A stretch of 64,000 nt of DNA from Candidatus Eiseniibacteriota bacterium. GTDB lineage: Bacteria; Eisenbacteria; RBG-16-71-46; CAIMUX01; VGJL01. Both the position numbers and the translations under genes were made by a program. Positions 17,653-26,162 of this stretch are shown one piece after another. Location: NCBI GenBank assembly GCA_963792585.1, contig CAWBWI010000001.1, positions 864,001-928,000 on the forward strand, given 5' to 3'. The notes beneath the pieces were generated by a model, which saw nothing but the letters and a program-made list of their open reading frames with translations, was not told the origin of the DNA and made no database searches. Numbering within the stretch: position 1 is the stretch's first letter; each line of letters opens with the position of its first letter.

Positions 17653-19941
17653 TCAACGCACAACGCTGAATGACGCGGTGCGTCTGGCAATGTTGCCGGC
17701 GCGATCCCGCACCCGCACCTCCCACTGGTGAATCCCCTCCGCGATCGGGACGGCCGGCATGGCGATCGCCGTCCGACTGACCGGCATCCAGGCGGACGGC
17801 AACCGCTTGCCGTCCAGTTCGATCTCGACCCCCGAGGGATCGAGCCCCGAGCCGTCCTCGCGGACGCTTGCGCGGAGGGAGGACAGCGGCCCCATCCGTC
17901 GGTCGCCGGGGGTCGGGTCGAGAGCATAGACCCACGGTTCCGACCTGTCCTCGAGCAGGATCCACTCCCCGAGGGCATCCGCGATCGCGACCATGGCGCT
18001 CCCCGTCCAAATCCCTCCGATGTACCGCCAAGTCCTCCCTGGTCCCGGCCGGGTGTAGATCGCGAGCCGCTTGGCCTCCTCCCCGCTCGTGGGTAGGACC
18101 GTGGGGCGGATCGAGACCCGAAACGGACCGTCGACCTCCAGATCCTCGGGGCTCAGTCGGTGGACGTCGCTGCGAACCAAGAGGATCTCGACCTGCTCGT
18201 TGCGCGCGTGCGGCAACCCGGAGATCTCCCCCGTCGGAATCCTCTCATCCTCCCGAACGGCCTTCGTCCAGACCAACCATACGGGCCCGTAGAACGTAGC
18301 AGCGGGGACCTCCACGGTCAACGCGCCGTCCGGAGAGCTCCATAGGAGGTCCGCGCCGGGCGTTGCCAGGACAACGGACCCAAGCCTCCAACGCCGCGTC
18401 GACCCATCGAGTCGCAGGTCAAGGTACGGCGTCGCGCCGGCCCGGGCGCGCCCCGGAGCCGCCACCCAGCGCCACAAGCCCTCTTCCCCTTCATCCGGCG
18501 GAATCTCAAGGAGATCGCAGGCGATCGTGCCCCCCGGGATCTGGAGCTCCGCGGTCGGCGCGGCAGCCGGCACGCACGCAATCGGCGCCCGAATGTCGAG
18601 CCACCGGGGCCGCGCGATGATCAAGGGCGAATCGATGACGGCCGTCCCGCAACCGCCCGCCGGATCCAAGGTCAACGCCGGCTCCCATGCCTCGATCCCG
18701 TCGGGCGTGCGTAGCCGCAGGCGGATGCCGATCCTGCCCGACGGAATGATCGAGGAGAGATCGCCCAGAAACCACTGCGAGCCGATGTGTCCAAGGGGAG
18801 TGCTCACGGGGAAACGTCGACCGTCTTCCGTCTGGTCGACCCAGAGACGAATCGCTTCCGGATTCCCGCCGGCGATCGGATCGATCCGGATGCCGACGTC
18901 CCAGAGGCCGGCGCCGCACGGCCGGGCCACCCATTCGTCCAAGCGGGGGGTCGGTCGGACGAGGACGCCCACGTTCACGGTGTCGGCAAGCCCGGCGGCG
19001 TCGCGGCTTACCACGCGAAGTCGGTGGAAGCCCTGTTTGATCGTGGAGCCGCAGGCAAGTCTGCCGCGGTCCCTCTCCGCTGGACGATAGAGCCGTTGGA
19101 CGAACCGATCGGGCGCGACGGGTTCAGGGGAATCCCCTCCCCAACGTCCCTCGACCACCCGCTCCCCGACGTCACCTTCGAACTGAAGGGCTCCATCGAC
19201 ATCGAGTCGCGTCTGCCACGGGGACCTCTGCTGGCCGAGAGCATCGTCGTGCGCCACCGACTCGACGCCGACCGGCCCCCAGAGGACCAGCCGGGCGGCC
19301 GGGTTTGTTCGATCGGCGATCAGATCGAGCGGGATCTCCACCGGATCGAGGCCGCCGTTGATGCGGGCGCTCGGTCCGAGCGGCAGGAATCGAAGGGCCT
19401 CGATGCGTGGTCGCGTGGAGTCGGCGAATCGGAATCCCGCGCGCAACGGATTCCTGGGCGCGCCGTCGACGCGCACCTCCAGGTGAAGCACCCGGCGGCC
19501 GTCCTCGTTTTCTCCCGTCTTGCCGATGAACTCGCCCCTGAGGACGGGAAATGTCCCGCGGGGCGGACCCCAGTCCAATTCAAAAGAGGCCGATCGCTCC
19601 TGCCGCGCGAGGCTCGACTCTTCGATCGCCGGCATGAACATCGATAGGTGGGCATAGACGATCTCGCGACCATCCGGTAGCAGCAGGTTCAGCGCGCGTC
19701 CGTATCCCGTGGTCGAGATGCGAACGCGAACGATCTCACCGTCGGCGGCAGCCGAGATCTCGAGCGATTGACCGCCCGTCGGCAGGTCGACTCCCGGATG
19801 GCCAATGCCGGGTGAGAGTTCCCCGTATGTAGCCGAGGGGGTCGCGACGCCCGAGAGGGGCGCGCGAAGCTCGATATCATCGGAGCGCGCAACGCTCCCG
19901 CTCCAACCCAGCGCGGTGCCGATGATGAGGATGCGGCCCAT
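17653..19941 (-). CDS. Large secreted M23-family peptidase-domain protein
   Basis: HPGVD, GYGRAL, YAHLS, LHLEVR..PRNP at the N-terminus, followed by Ig-like regions. Start uncertain. Confidence 0.75.
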   Translation of the reverse strand: MGRILIIGTALGWSGSVARSDDIELRAPLSGVATPSATYGELSPGIGHPGVDLPTGGQSLEISAAADGEIVRVRISTTGYGRALNLLLPDGREIVYAHLSMFMPAIEESSLARQERSASFELDWGPPRGTFPVLRGEFIGKTGENEDGRRVLHLEVRVDGAPRNPLRAGFRFADSTRPRIEALRFLPLGPSARINGGLDPVEIPLDLIADRTNPAARLVLWGPVGVESVAHDDALGQQRSPWQTRLDVDGALQFEGDVGERVVEGRWGGDSPEPVAPDRFVQRLYRPAERDRGRLACGSTIKQGFHRLRVVSRDAAGLADTVNVGVLVRPTPRLDEWVARPCGAGLWDVGIRIDPIAGGNPEAIRLWVDQTEDGRRFPVSTPLGHIGSQWFLGDLSSIIPSGRIGIRLRLRTPDGIEAWEPALTLDPAGGCGTAVIDSPLIIARPRWLDIRAPIACVPAAAPTAELQIPGGTIACDLLEIPPDEGEEGLWRWVAAPGRARAGATPYLDLRLDGSTRRWRLGSVVLATPGADLLWSSPDGALTVEVPAATFYGPVWLVWTKAVREDERIPTGEISGLPHARNEQVEILLVRSDVHRLSPEDLEVDGPFRVSIRPTVLPTSGEEAKRLAIYTRPGPGRTWRYIGGIWTGSAMVAIADALGEWILLEDRSEPWVYALDPTPGDRRMGPLSSLRASVREDGSGLDPSGVEIELDGKRLPSAWMPVSRTAIAMPAVPIAEGIHQWEVRVRDRAGNIARRTASFSVVR

Positions 19942-20168
19942 GCAAAAGAACGGGCACGGACGTGCAAGATGCGCTCTGCGGCGCCGAGTTCTCTCGCGTC
20001 GCAATCCCCATCGTCTGGACAGCCCCCGCATCCTTGCCTCTCCCGCCCCCTCCACACTCGTTGGGTCGTCGCGCTATCGCCTGCCGCCACGCAGGATACG
20101 CCATCCTCGGCCCCTGGGCGAGAGAGCGCAACGCGAGTGTTTTTGCCCAACGCGAAACCAGGCCCCTC

Positions 20169-20185
20169 GCGGCACGGGGATTGCA
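20169..20185 (+). promoter_or_regulatory. Sigma54 (-24/-12) promoter
   Basis: cGGCACGgggaTTGCA with exact GG-N10-GC spacing, about 80 nt upstream of the lipoprotein ATG. Confidence 0.65.
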
Positions 20186-20263
20186 TCCATCCGACGCAGA
20201 TCGCGGCTTCCCCCCGGTGGCAGCCGGAGGGAGTCGCGCACCGAGCCGAAGGAGGACTCAGTC

Positions 20264-20809
20264 ATGTTCAATCGACATTATCGATGCGTCGCGTCCGCGT
20301 GGATGCTCTTGTTCGTGGTACTGGCCTTCGCGAGCGGCTGCAGCAGCGATGGCGACAAGACCCCGTTCGATCCGGGGCCAGGCGACCAAGCGCCTCCACT
20401 GACACCGACGGGCATTGGCCTCGCCAGTCAATCCGTCTCGAAGTTCATGCTCAACTGGGTACCCAATGTCGATCCGGATCTGGCCGGATATCGAGTCTAT
20501 CTGTACGATCCCAGCCCCAGTCGGAGCAACGCATTCGCGTGCCTCACCGGTACGGAGCTCTGGCGGAGCACCTCGTTCCCCTACGCCGGCACGGACGGGA
20601 CCACCTATTCGTTCCGGGTCACGGCCGTCGACACCAGCGGCAACGAGAGCGCGATGAGCGATCCCATGACCTTCTCCTTCTCGGTCACGGGGAACTCCGA
20701 CGCCACCGCTGCGGGTCACACGAACCAGACCGGAAGGGGCACGGCGGAAACCGGCGGCTTCCACGGATGGCTCCCGAACGACCGCACCGAGAGAGAGACG
20801 AATCGATAG
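20264..20809 (+). CDS. Fibronectin type III domain lipoprotein
   Basis: AAGGAGG SD, lipobox FASGC, FN3 motifs LNW..N..PDLAGYRVY and YSFRVTAVDTSGNESAMS. Confidence 0.8.
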   Translation: MFNRHYRCVASAWMLLFVVLAFASGCSSDGDKTPFDPGPGDQAPPLTPTGIGLASQSVSKFMLNWVPNVDPDLAGYRVYLYDPSPSRSNAFACLTGTELWRSTSFPYAGTDGTTYSFRVTAVDTSGNESAMSDPMTFSFSVTGNSDATAAGHTNQTGRGTAETGGFHGWLPNDRTERETNR

Positions 20810-20876
20810 AGCCCTCCCGTCGCTCGAAGTATCGGACCAGGGAGGGCGTCGCACGGGGTTCAGCGGCGCCCCTCCC

Positions 20877-20905
20877 TTGACCTGCAAATCTTGGGATCCT
20901 AGAGT
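20877..20905 (+). promoter_or_regulatory. Sigma70 promoter predicting a leaderless pyrE mRNA
   Basis: TTGACC-N17-TAGAGT, then 6 nt to the ATG; no SD. Confidence 0.55.
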
Positions 20906-20911
20906 CCCGAC

Positions 20912-21496
20912 ATGAACCCGAATGAATCGCTCTCTTCTTCCGCACATCGTGATCTCGTGGAAGCGATCCTGCAGCACTCCTTCCTGCGGGGTCGCTTCCA
21001 GCTTTCCAGCGGCGCCTGGAGTGACTACTACCTCGACCTGCGGCGCACGACGCTGGACCCGCGGGGCCTCGCTGCCGCGGCTGCGGCCCTCTGGCCCGTA
21101 GTCTCCGCGGCCGGGGTCGTCGCAGTCGGCGGCCCCACGCTCGGCGCCGACCCGATCGTGGCGGCCTTGATGCTGGAAGGAGCGCGGCAAGGTCACCCGA
21201 TCCAGGGATTCCTCGTCCGCTCCGGAGCGAAGGACCACGGCACCGGAAGACAGATCGAGGGCCACTGCCCGGCAGGAGCGCGCGTCGCGGTCCTCGATGA
21301 CGTGGTCACGAAGGGCGGATCGATCCTCCGCGCCGTCGAGGCGGTTCGGGCCGCCGGTGCGGAACCTGTGATCGCGCTCGCCCTCGTGGACCGTGAAGAA
21401 GGGGGGCGCGCGGCGCTCGAGGCCGTTGGCGTCCCCCTCTATGCTCCCTTCCGGGTGGGTGAGATTCTCGAGGAGGCGGCGCGGCGCGGCCTGTAG
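20912..21496 (+). CDS. pyrE: Orotate phosphoribosyltransferase
   Basis: GRFQLSSG..SDYYLD, GGPTLGADP, KDHGTG..IEG, VLDDVVTKGGS. Confidence 0.95.
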   Translation: MNPNESLSSSAHRDLVEAILQHSFLRGRFQLSSGAWSDYYLDLRRTTLDPRGLAAAAAALWPVVSAAGVVAVGGPTLGADPIVAALMLEGARQGHPIQGFLVRSGAKDHGTGRQIEGHCPAGARVAVLDDVVTKGGSILRAVEAVRAAGAEPVIALALVDREEGGRAALEAVGVPLYAPFRVGEILEEAARRGL

Positions 21497-21500
21497 GAGA

Positions 21501-21980
21501 ATGCATTTCCCCTGCCCTCACTGCGGCCACCGCATCGAACGCTTACCGGTCCCGGTATGCACCGTCGATGCAATCCTGGAACTCCGCCTGGGCTGCGTTC
21601 TCCTGGTCCGCCGGCGTTACGAGCCGCTTGGTTGGGCTCTCCCCGGCGGGATCGTGGAGGCCGGCGAGTCGTTGGAAGAGGCGTGCCGCCGGGAAATTCG
21701 CGAGGAAACGTCGATCGAGATCCTCGAACTCCAGCAGATGCACACCTACTCCGATCCGTCACGGGACGCTCGACACCCAACGGTGAGCACGGTGTTCATC
21801 GCTCGTGGATCGGGCACTCCCGTCTCGGGAGACGATGCGGCCGAGGCGGCCCTCTTTCCGATCGACCGGTTGCCCCAACCCCTCTGCTTCGATCACGCCG
21901 CTATCCTTGCTGATTACAGGCAAGGCCGTTGGGGCGTCGGACCCGGCGGCTTTCCCGCGATATCCCACAAGAAAGTCTAA
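21501..21980 (+). CDS. NUDIX hydrolase
   Basis: WALPGGIVEAGESLEEACRREIREET Nudix box; YSDPSRD; GDDA. Confidence 0.92.
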   Translation: MHFPCPHCGHRIERLPVPVCTVDAILELRLGCVLLVRRRYEPLGWALPGGIVEAGESLEEACRREIREETSIEILELQQMHTYSDPSRDARHPTVSTVFIARGSGTPVSGDDAAEAALFPIDRLPQPLCFDHAAILADYRQGRWGVGPGGFPAISHKKV

Positions 21981-22194
21981 ACATTCGCTAAAGGCATTCG
22001 TATCCCACGCCGAACCGTCTTCGTGGGCGCCCCCGTGGAGCGGGCCCGGGAGGTCGGGAGTCCGGCGTTCGGCAGACGTTCCGCCGACCGACTCGCCGGC
22101 ACCCGCCGCGGGGGAGATTCGACCATCCGTTCGTCCAAGCGCGGCGGCGCTGTCGCGCCGGCATGAACCCGAGACCAGCAAGGAGGTCCTGTCC

Positions 22195-22887
22195 ATGAAT
22201 TCCGAGAAGATCCGTCAGCTCACCGAGACGCTTCACCAGACCGTCGAGGCGCTGAACGAGTGCTACAGTTCCGGCAACGGTCAGCAGGCCACCCACGCAA
22301 CGTGCAACACGTTCGGCTCGATGCCCAACGGCGGTTACGGTCCCAATCCGATGAGCTTCGGCTGGTCTCCGTCGCGGGTCGGTCCGTACCCGGTCTTCAA
22401 CGGCGCCTTCCCGGGCGGCACGTACCCCCAGTTCAGCGGGGCGCCGGCCCAAGGTTGGTCAGGCGGCTTCTCCAATCCGTGGTGGGGCATGAGCGGCCCG
22501 ATGCAGGCGAACGGCTACGCACCGGTGCAGACCTTCGGTGGGACGCCCGCGTACAACGTCGGGACCCACCCGTTCCATGGAATGAACACGCCGTCCAACT
22601 TCGCCGCCGGGTTCTACGGCTCCAACGTCACGAACTGCGTTCCGGGCTGGGGCATGCCGATGTTCGGCAATTCTTCACCGTTCCAGGGAGGGTTTCCGAC
22701 GGGAACATGGGGGTCGACAACGCCGGGCTCCTTTCCCGTCTACGGCGCCAACGGTTCTGGATTCCCCTTCTTCGGTTACGGACAGCCCGGCTTCGCAGAC
22801 GGACCGTGCGCGCCGCAGAACCAGCCGACCGGTTGGACTCCTAACTGTGGTCCGACCGGCGTCGTCGACATCCCGCTCGCTGCGTAG
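22195..22887 (+). CDS. Hypothetical Gly/Pro/aromatic low-complexity protein
   Basis: AAGGAGG SD, GC3-biased codons, downstream terminator; short N-terminal helix then a nearly uncharged G/P/F/N/Y/W-rich chain. Confidence 0.75.
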   Translation: MNSEKIRQLTETLHQTVEALNECYSSGNGQQATHATCNTFGSMPNGGYGPNPMSFGWSPSRVGPYPVFNGAFPGGTYPQFSGAPAQGWSGGFSNPWWGMSGPMQANGYAPVQTFGGTPAYNVGTHPFHGMNTPSNFAAGFYGSNVTNCVPGWGMPMFGNSSPFQGGFPTGTWGSTTPGSFPVYGANGSGFPFFGYGQPGFADGPCAPQNQPTGWTPNCGPTGVVDIPLAA

Positions 22888-22915
22888 GACGAAGCAACGC
22901 CGCCACGCGTGAGAG

Positions 22916-22943
22916 AGGGGGCCAAACGGCCCCCTTTCCTCTT
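22916..22943 (+). terminator. Intrinsic terminator
   Basis: AGGGGGCC-AAAC-GGCCCCCT followed by a pyrimidine run. Confidence 0.55.
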
Positions 22944-23090
22944 CCCCTCCAGCGCAACCGAGTGCTTGCCCCATCCCGCGCCCGGTTCCTACACTCAGGC
23001 CAGCGACTTCTCCTCGAAGCGCTTCTGCCGGGCTTCGACGATGGCGTCACCGCCCCGTACCCTTGCGGGTCGTTCGCGCTTGGAGGATCC

Positions 23091-26000
23091 ATGACGACGC
23101 GAGTCCGCACGGCCGGCCTGCCGGTCATCTTGAGCCTGTTCTTCATCTCTGCAGCCGGCGCGAACGTGATTCCCGATTACACGGCAAACGACGAGGAAAC
23201 GGGGCAGGAGTTCCAGCATGATGTCGCCTGCTGCGTGCACCCCGACGGCCGTTGGACCGCCGCATGGCTCGACTATCGCACCGGGGCTCCGGCGATCTTC
23301 ATGCGGACCTTCTCGGGCGACGACGCGGGGATCGGACCGGGCCAGGTCCTGACGGACGGGTTCGGCCTCTTCGGCCTGGACCTGAACGCATCCGTCATCG
23401 GCGAACCGGCCATCATCGCCCTGGAGGGAGACCGCAGCCTGCTCATCTGGACCGAGGTGCGTGGGGAGGTCAGCCTCGTGCGCGCGGCCATCCTCGATCC
23501 CGACGGAATCGTCCACGGCCCCGTGAGCGTGAACGACACATCGAGACGCAACGGGTGTCGGCACCCCCATGTCGCCGCGACAGGAACCCATATCCTTGCA
23601 GTCTGGGAGGAGTCCGTGGGGCTCTTTGCGCGCGCGCGTGGTCGGGTGCTCGACCTCGAGCTGACGCCGATCGGGGCCGAGTTCCCCCTTCATCCCGAGG
23701 GCGAGCTTCCCCAGGTTGGACCCGTGGTCGCCGCGCACAGCGGGGGCTGGCTGGCCGCATGGGAAGAGGGCACCGCAGCGCCGCAGGTGACCGCGCGGGC
23801 TTTTGGGCTCGACGGGGCCGCGGAGGGCGGGCCCTTTGCCGTGGAAGCGCAGCCGTCCCTGGCACAGCGCGACATCGCCCTCCTCTCGACTCCGGATGGA
23901 TACTTCCTGAGCTGGACGTCGACCGAGCAGAATCTGGTTCGACTTCTCGGCCGTTCGATCGATCTGAACCTCGATCCGGTCGGGACGGTCTTCGACATCT
24001 ACCAACCCGACGCGCAGACCGTGACGCCGCGCGCCCCCGAGCTGATCCGGGGTTCGGCGAACTCGGTGGTCGTGATCTGGCCCGCGGGCGCAGCCGCGCA
24101 CACGCGCCTCTTCTCGCGGGAGGTGCAGTATCCCGACACGCCGTCGGGCGATGTTCGGATGCTGGAGGACCCCGCAGATCCGGTCGATGGCGTGCTCATC
24201 CCCCGCTCCCTTGCCGTCTGCGGCGGAAACGGGCTCCAGCGCCGGCTGGTCTGGTGGGACAATCGCGAAGGTTGGGATCTTGCCTACTCGATGCGACTCG
24301 ACGAGACGGGAGGCGCCGTCGACGGAAGCGTGATGCCCATCGAGCTGATCGACGGTACCGCGAGTCAGGTCATGCCCGCCGCCGCAATCTACCCGAACGA
24401 CAAGGGCATCGTGGTCTGGGAGGACTTTCGCACCGGCGGCCTCAGCATCTTCGGCCGGATGCTCGACCGGGACGGCGTACCCGAGGGCGCCTCCTTCAGG
24501 ATCAGCGAGATGTCCACCGGGTCGGTCAGCGTCCCGGCGACGAACCTCCGCGACCTGCTCCGCAACCGGCCCTCCGTCGCGACGACGACGGACGGTTCCG
24601 CGGCGGCGGTGTGGACGGTCTTCTTCCCTGACGGCCGGTCGAGGGTCTACTTGCAGAGCTTCGACCCATCCGGGGAGCGGCTTGGAGGCAACATCGGACT
24701 TCCGACCGTCATCCCGGACGATCCCACTCCCAACACACAGCTGGCCCCCACCATCGTCGGTCTCGCAGACGGCGGCTACATGATCGTATGGCGCGACACG
24801 TACTCCGACTCGAACGGGGACATCTTCGCGCGTCGATTCCTCGCCGACGGAACGGCCGCCAGCGACACGATCCGCATCGTCGATCCCGGTCCCTACGCCG
24901 GCGCATCGCAGGACATGCCATCCGCCGCCTCCTCCGGAGAGGGCGAGGTGGTCATCGCATGGATCGACGGCCGCTCCGGCGACGGCGACGTCTACGCCCA
25001 GCGGCTCGGCCCGACGGGTCGCAGGGTCGAGGCGAACCTGCTCGTCAGCGGACCGGAGGGATCGAGGCCCATTCCGCAGCTCAACCCCGCAGTGGCGGCC
25101 GCGCCGGGACGATACGCGATCGTCTGGGACGACGATCCGCTCGGCGTCGGCACCATCTCCGGCATGCTGACCATCCTGCCGAGTCTGAAGAACGCGTCCT
25201 CCCCCACCAGCGTCGATATCCCGTTCCACATCAGCACCGGAACCCGCGGGATGAAGTACCCGCGCGTGGCCATGAATCCCGACGGCCGCTTCGTGGTGAC
25301 CTATTGGGACACGACAGCCGACTCGGCGCGCGTCATGGCGCAACGGTTCGATCCGGACGCAGGCGTGATCGGTCCGCCGTACTCGGTGGGGGCGCTCGGC
25401 GGGCACGCGCTGACCATCCCGGGCGGCGTCGCCGCCAACGGCGACAGGATCCAGTATGCTTTCTCCGATTCGCGCGATATGCGCGGCTGGGACGCCCGCG
25501 TGCGGCGCGTCGACTGGACCTTCGACGGGTGGTTCTCGGCCGTCGCGATCGCCACGTGGGCGGTTGAGGAGACCGGCGACGCGCTGCTCCTGCGCTGGTC
25601 CGTTCCGCTCGATCGGGCCGGCGCCCTCTACACGCTCTGGCGTGAGGAGAACGAATCGGACGACGCGGGCGCCGCGCCGGGCCCCGACGCAGTCCCTCTG
25701 GGATCCGGACCGATCGGCCCGATCGCTTCCGGCGGCGCAGATTACGTCTTCCGTGACGTCACCGCGCGGTCAGGACAACGCTTCGCCTATTGGATCGAGG
25801 ATGCGTCCGGTGAGTTCGCGGGTCCTTGGAGCGGCTCTCGGGGCGCGTCCTCCGCGGACGCGGAACTCCGGGTGCTCGGCAACCCCTTCCGCTCATCGAC
25901 GCGCCTGGCCTGGTCATCGCCTCGCGGGACCCGCGTCGACGTCACGATCCACGATGCGACGGGGCGGCGCGTGCGTCTGCTTCGTCCCGTCTCCGGCTCG

Positions 26001-26150
26001 CCGTCCGGCGACCCGGGCGGACAGCGGGGTGAGTACGTCTGGGATGGACGTGACGATTCGGGACGGCCCGTCCCCGCGGGCGCGTACTGGGCGCGCCTGC
26101 GCGCAACCCCCGGAACCGATCGATCGGTCCAGATGCTGCGACTTCGCTGA
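23091..26150 (+). CDS. Secreted repeat (probable beta-propeller) protein with C-terminal FlgD-Ig domain
   Basis: Signal peptide; about 14 repeats of Q..P.VA....G...VW.D; C-terminal NPFR..T...WDGRDDSG..VPAGAYW. Confidence 0.8.
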   Translation: MTTRVRTAGLPVILSLFFISAAGANVIPDYTANDEETGQEFQHDVACCVHPDGRWTAAWLDYRTGAPAIFMRTFSGDDAGIGPGQVLTDGFGLFGLDLNASVIGEPAIIALEGDRSLLIWTEVRGEVSLVRAAILDPDGIVHGPVSVNDTSRRNGCRHPHVAATGTHILAVWEESVGLFARARGRVLDLELTPIGAEFPLHPEGELPQVGPVVAAHSGGWLAAWEEGTAAPQVTARAFGLDGAAEGGPFAVEAQPSLAQRDIALLSTPDGYFLSWTSTEQNLVRLLGRSIDLNLDPVGTVFDIYQPDAQTVTPRAPELIRGSANSVVVIWPAGAAAHTRLFSREVQYPDTPSGDVRMLEDPADPVDGVLIPRSLAVCGGNGLQRRLVWWDNREGWDLAYSMRLDETGGAVDGSVMPIELIDGTASQVMPAAAIYPNDKGIVVWEDFRTGGLSIFGRMLDRDGVPEGASFRISEMSTGSVSVPATNLRDLLRNRPSVATTTDGSAAAVWTVFFPDGRSRVYLQSFDPSGERLGGNIGLPTVIPDDPTPNTQLAPTIVGLADGGYMIVWRDTYSDSNGDIFARRFLADGTAASDTIRIVDPGPYAGASQDMPSAASSGEGEVVIAWIDGRSGDGDVYAQRLGPTGRRVEANLLVSGPEGSRPIPQLNPAVAAAPGRYAIVWDDDPLGVGTISGMLTILPSLKNASSPTSVDIPFHISTGTRGMKYPRVAMNPDGRFVVTYWDTTADSARVMAQRFDPDAGVIGPPYSVGALGGHALTIPGGVAANGDRIQYAFSDSRDMRGWDARVRRVDWTFDGWFSAVAIATWAVEETGDALLLRWSVPLDRAGALYTLWREENESDDAGAAPGPDAVPLGSGPIGPIASGGADYVFRDVTARSGQRFAYWIEDASGEFAGPWSGSRGASSADAELRVLGNPFRSSTRLAWSSPRGTRVDVTIHDATGRRVRLLRPVSGSPSGDPGGQRGEYVWDGRDDSGRPVPAGAYWARLRATPGTDRSVQMLRLR

Positions 26151-26162
26151 CATTCCGAGCGC

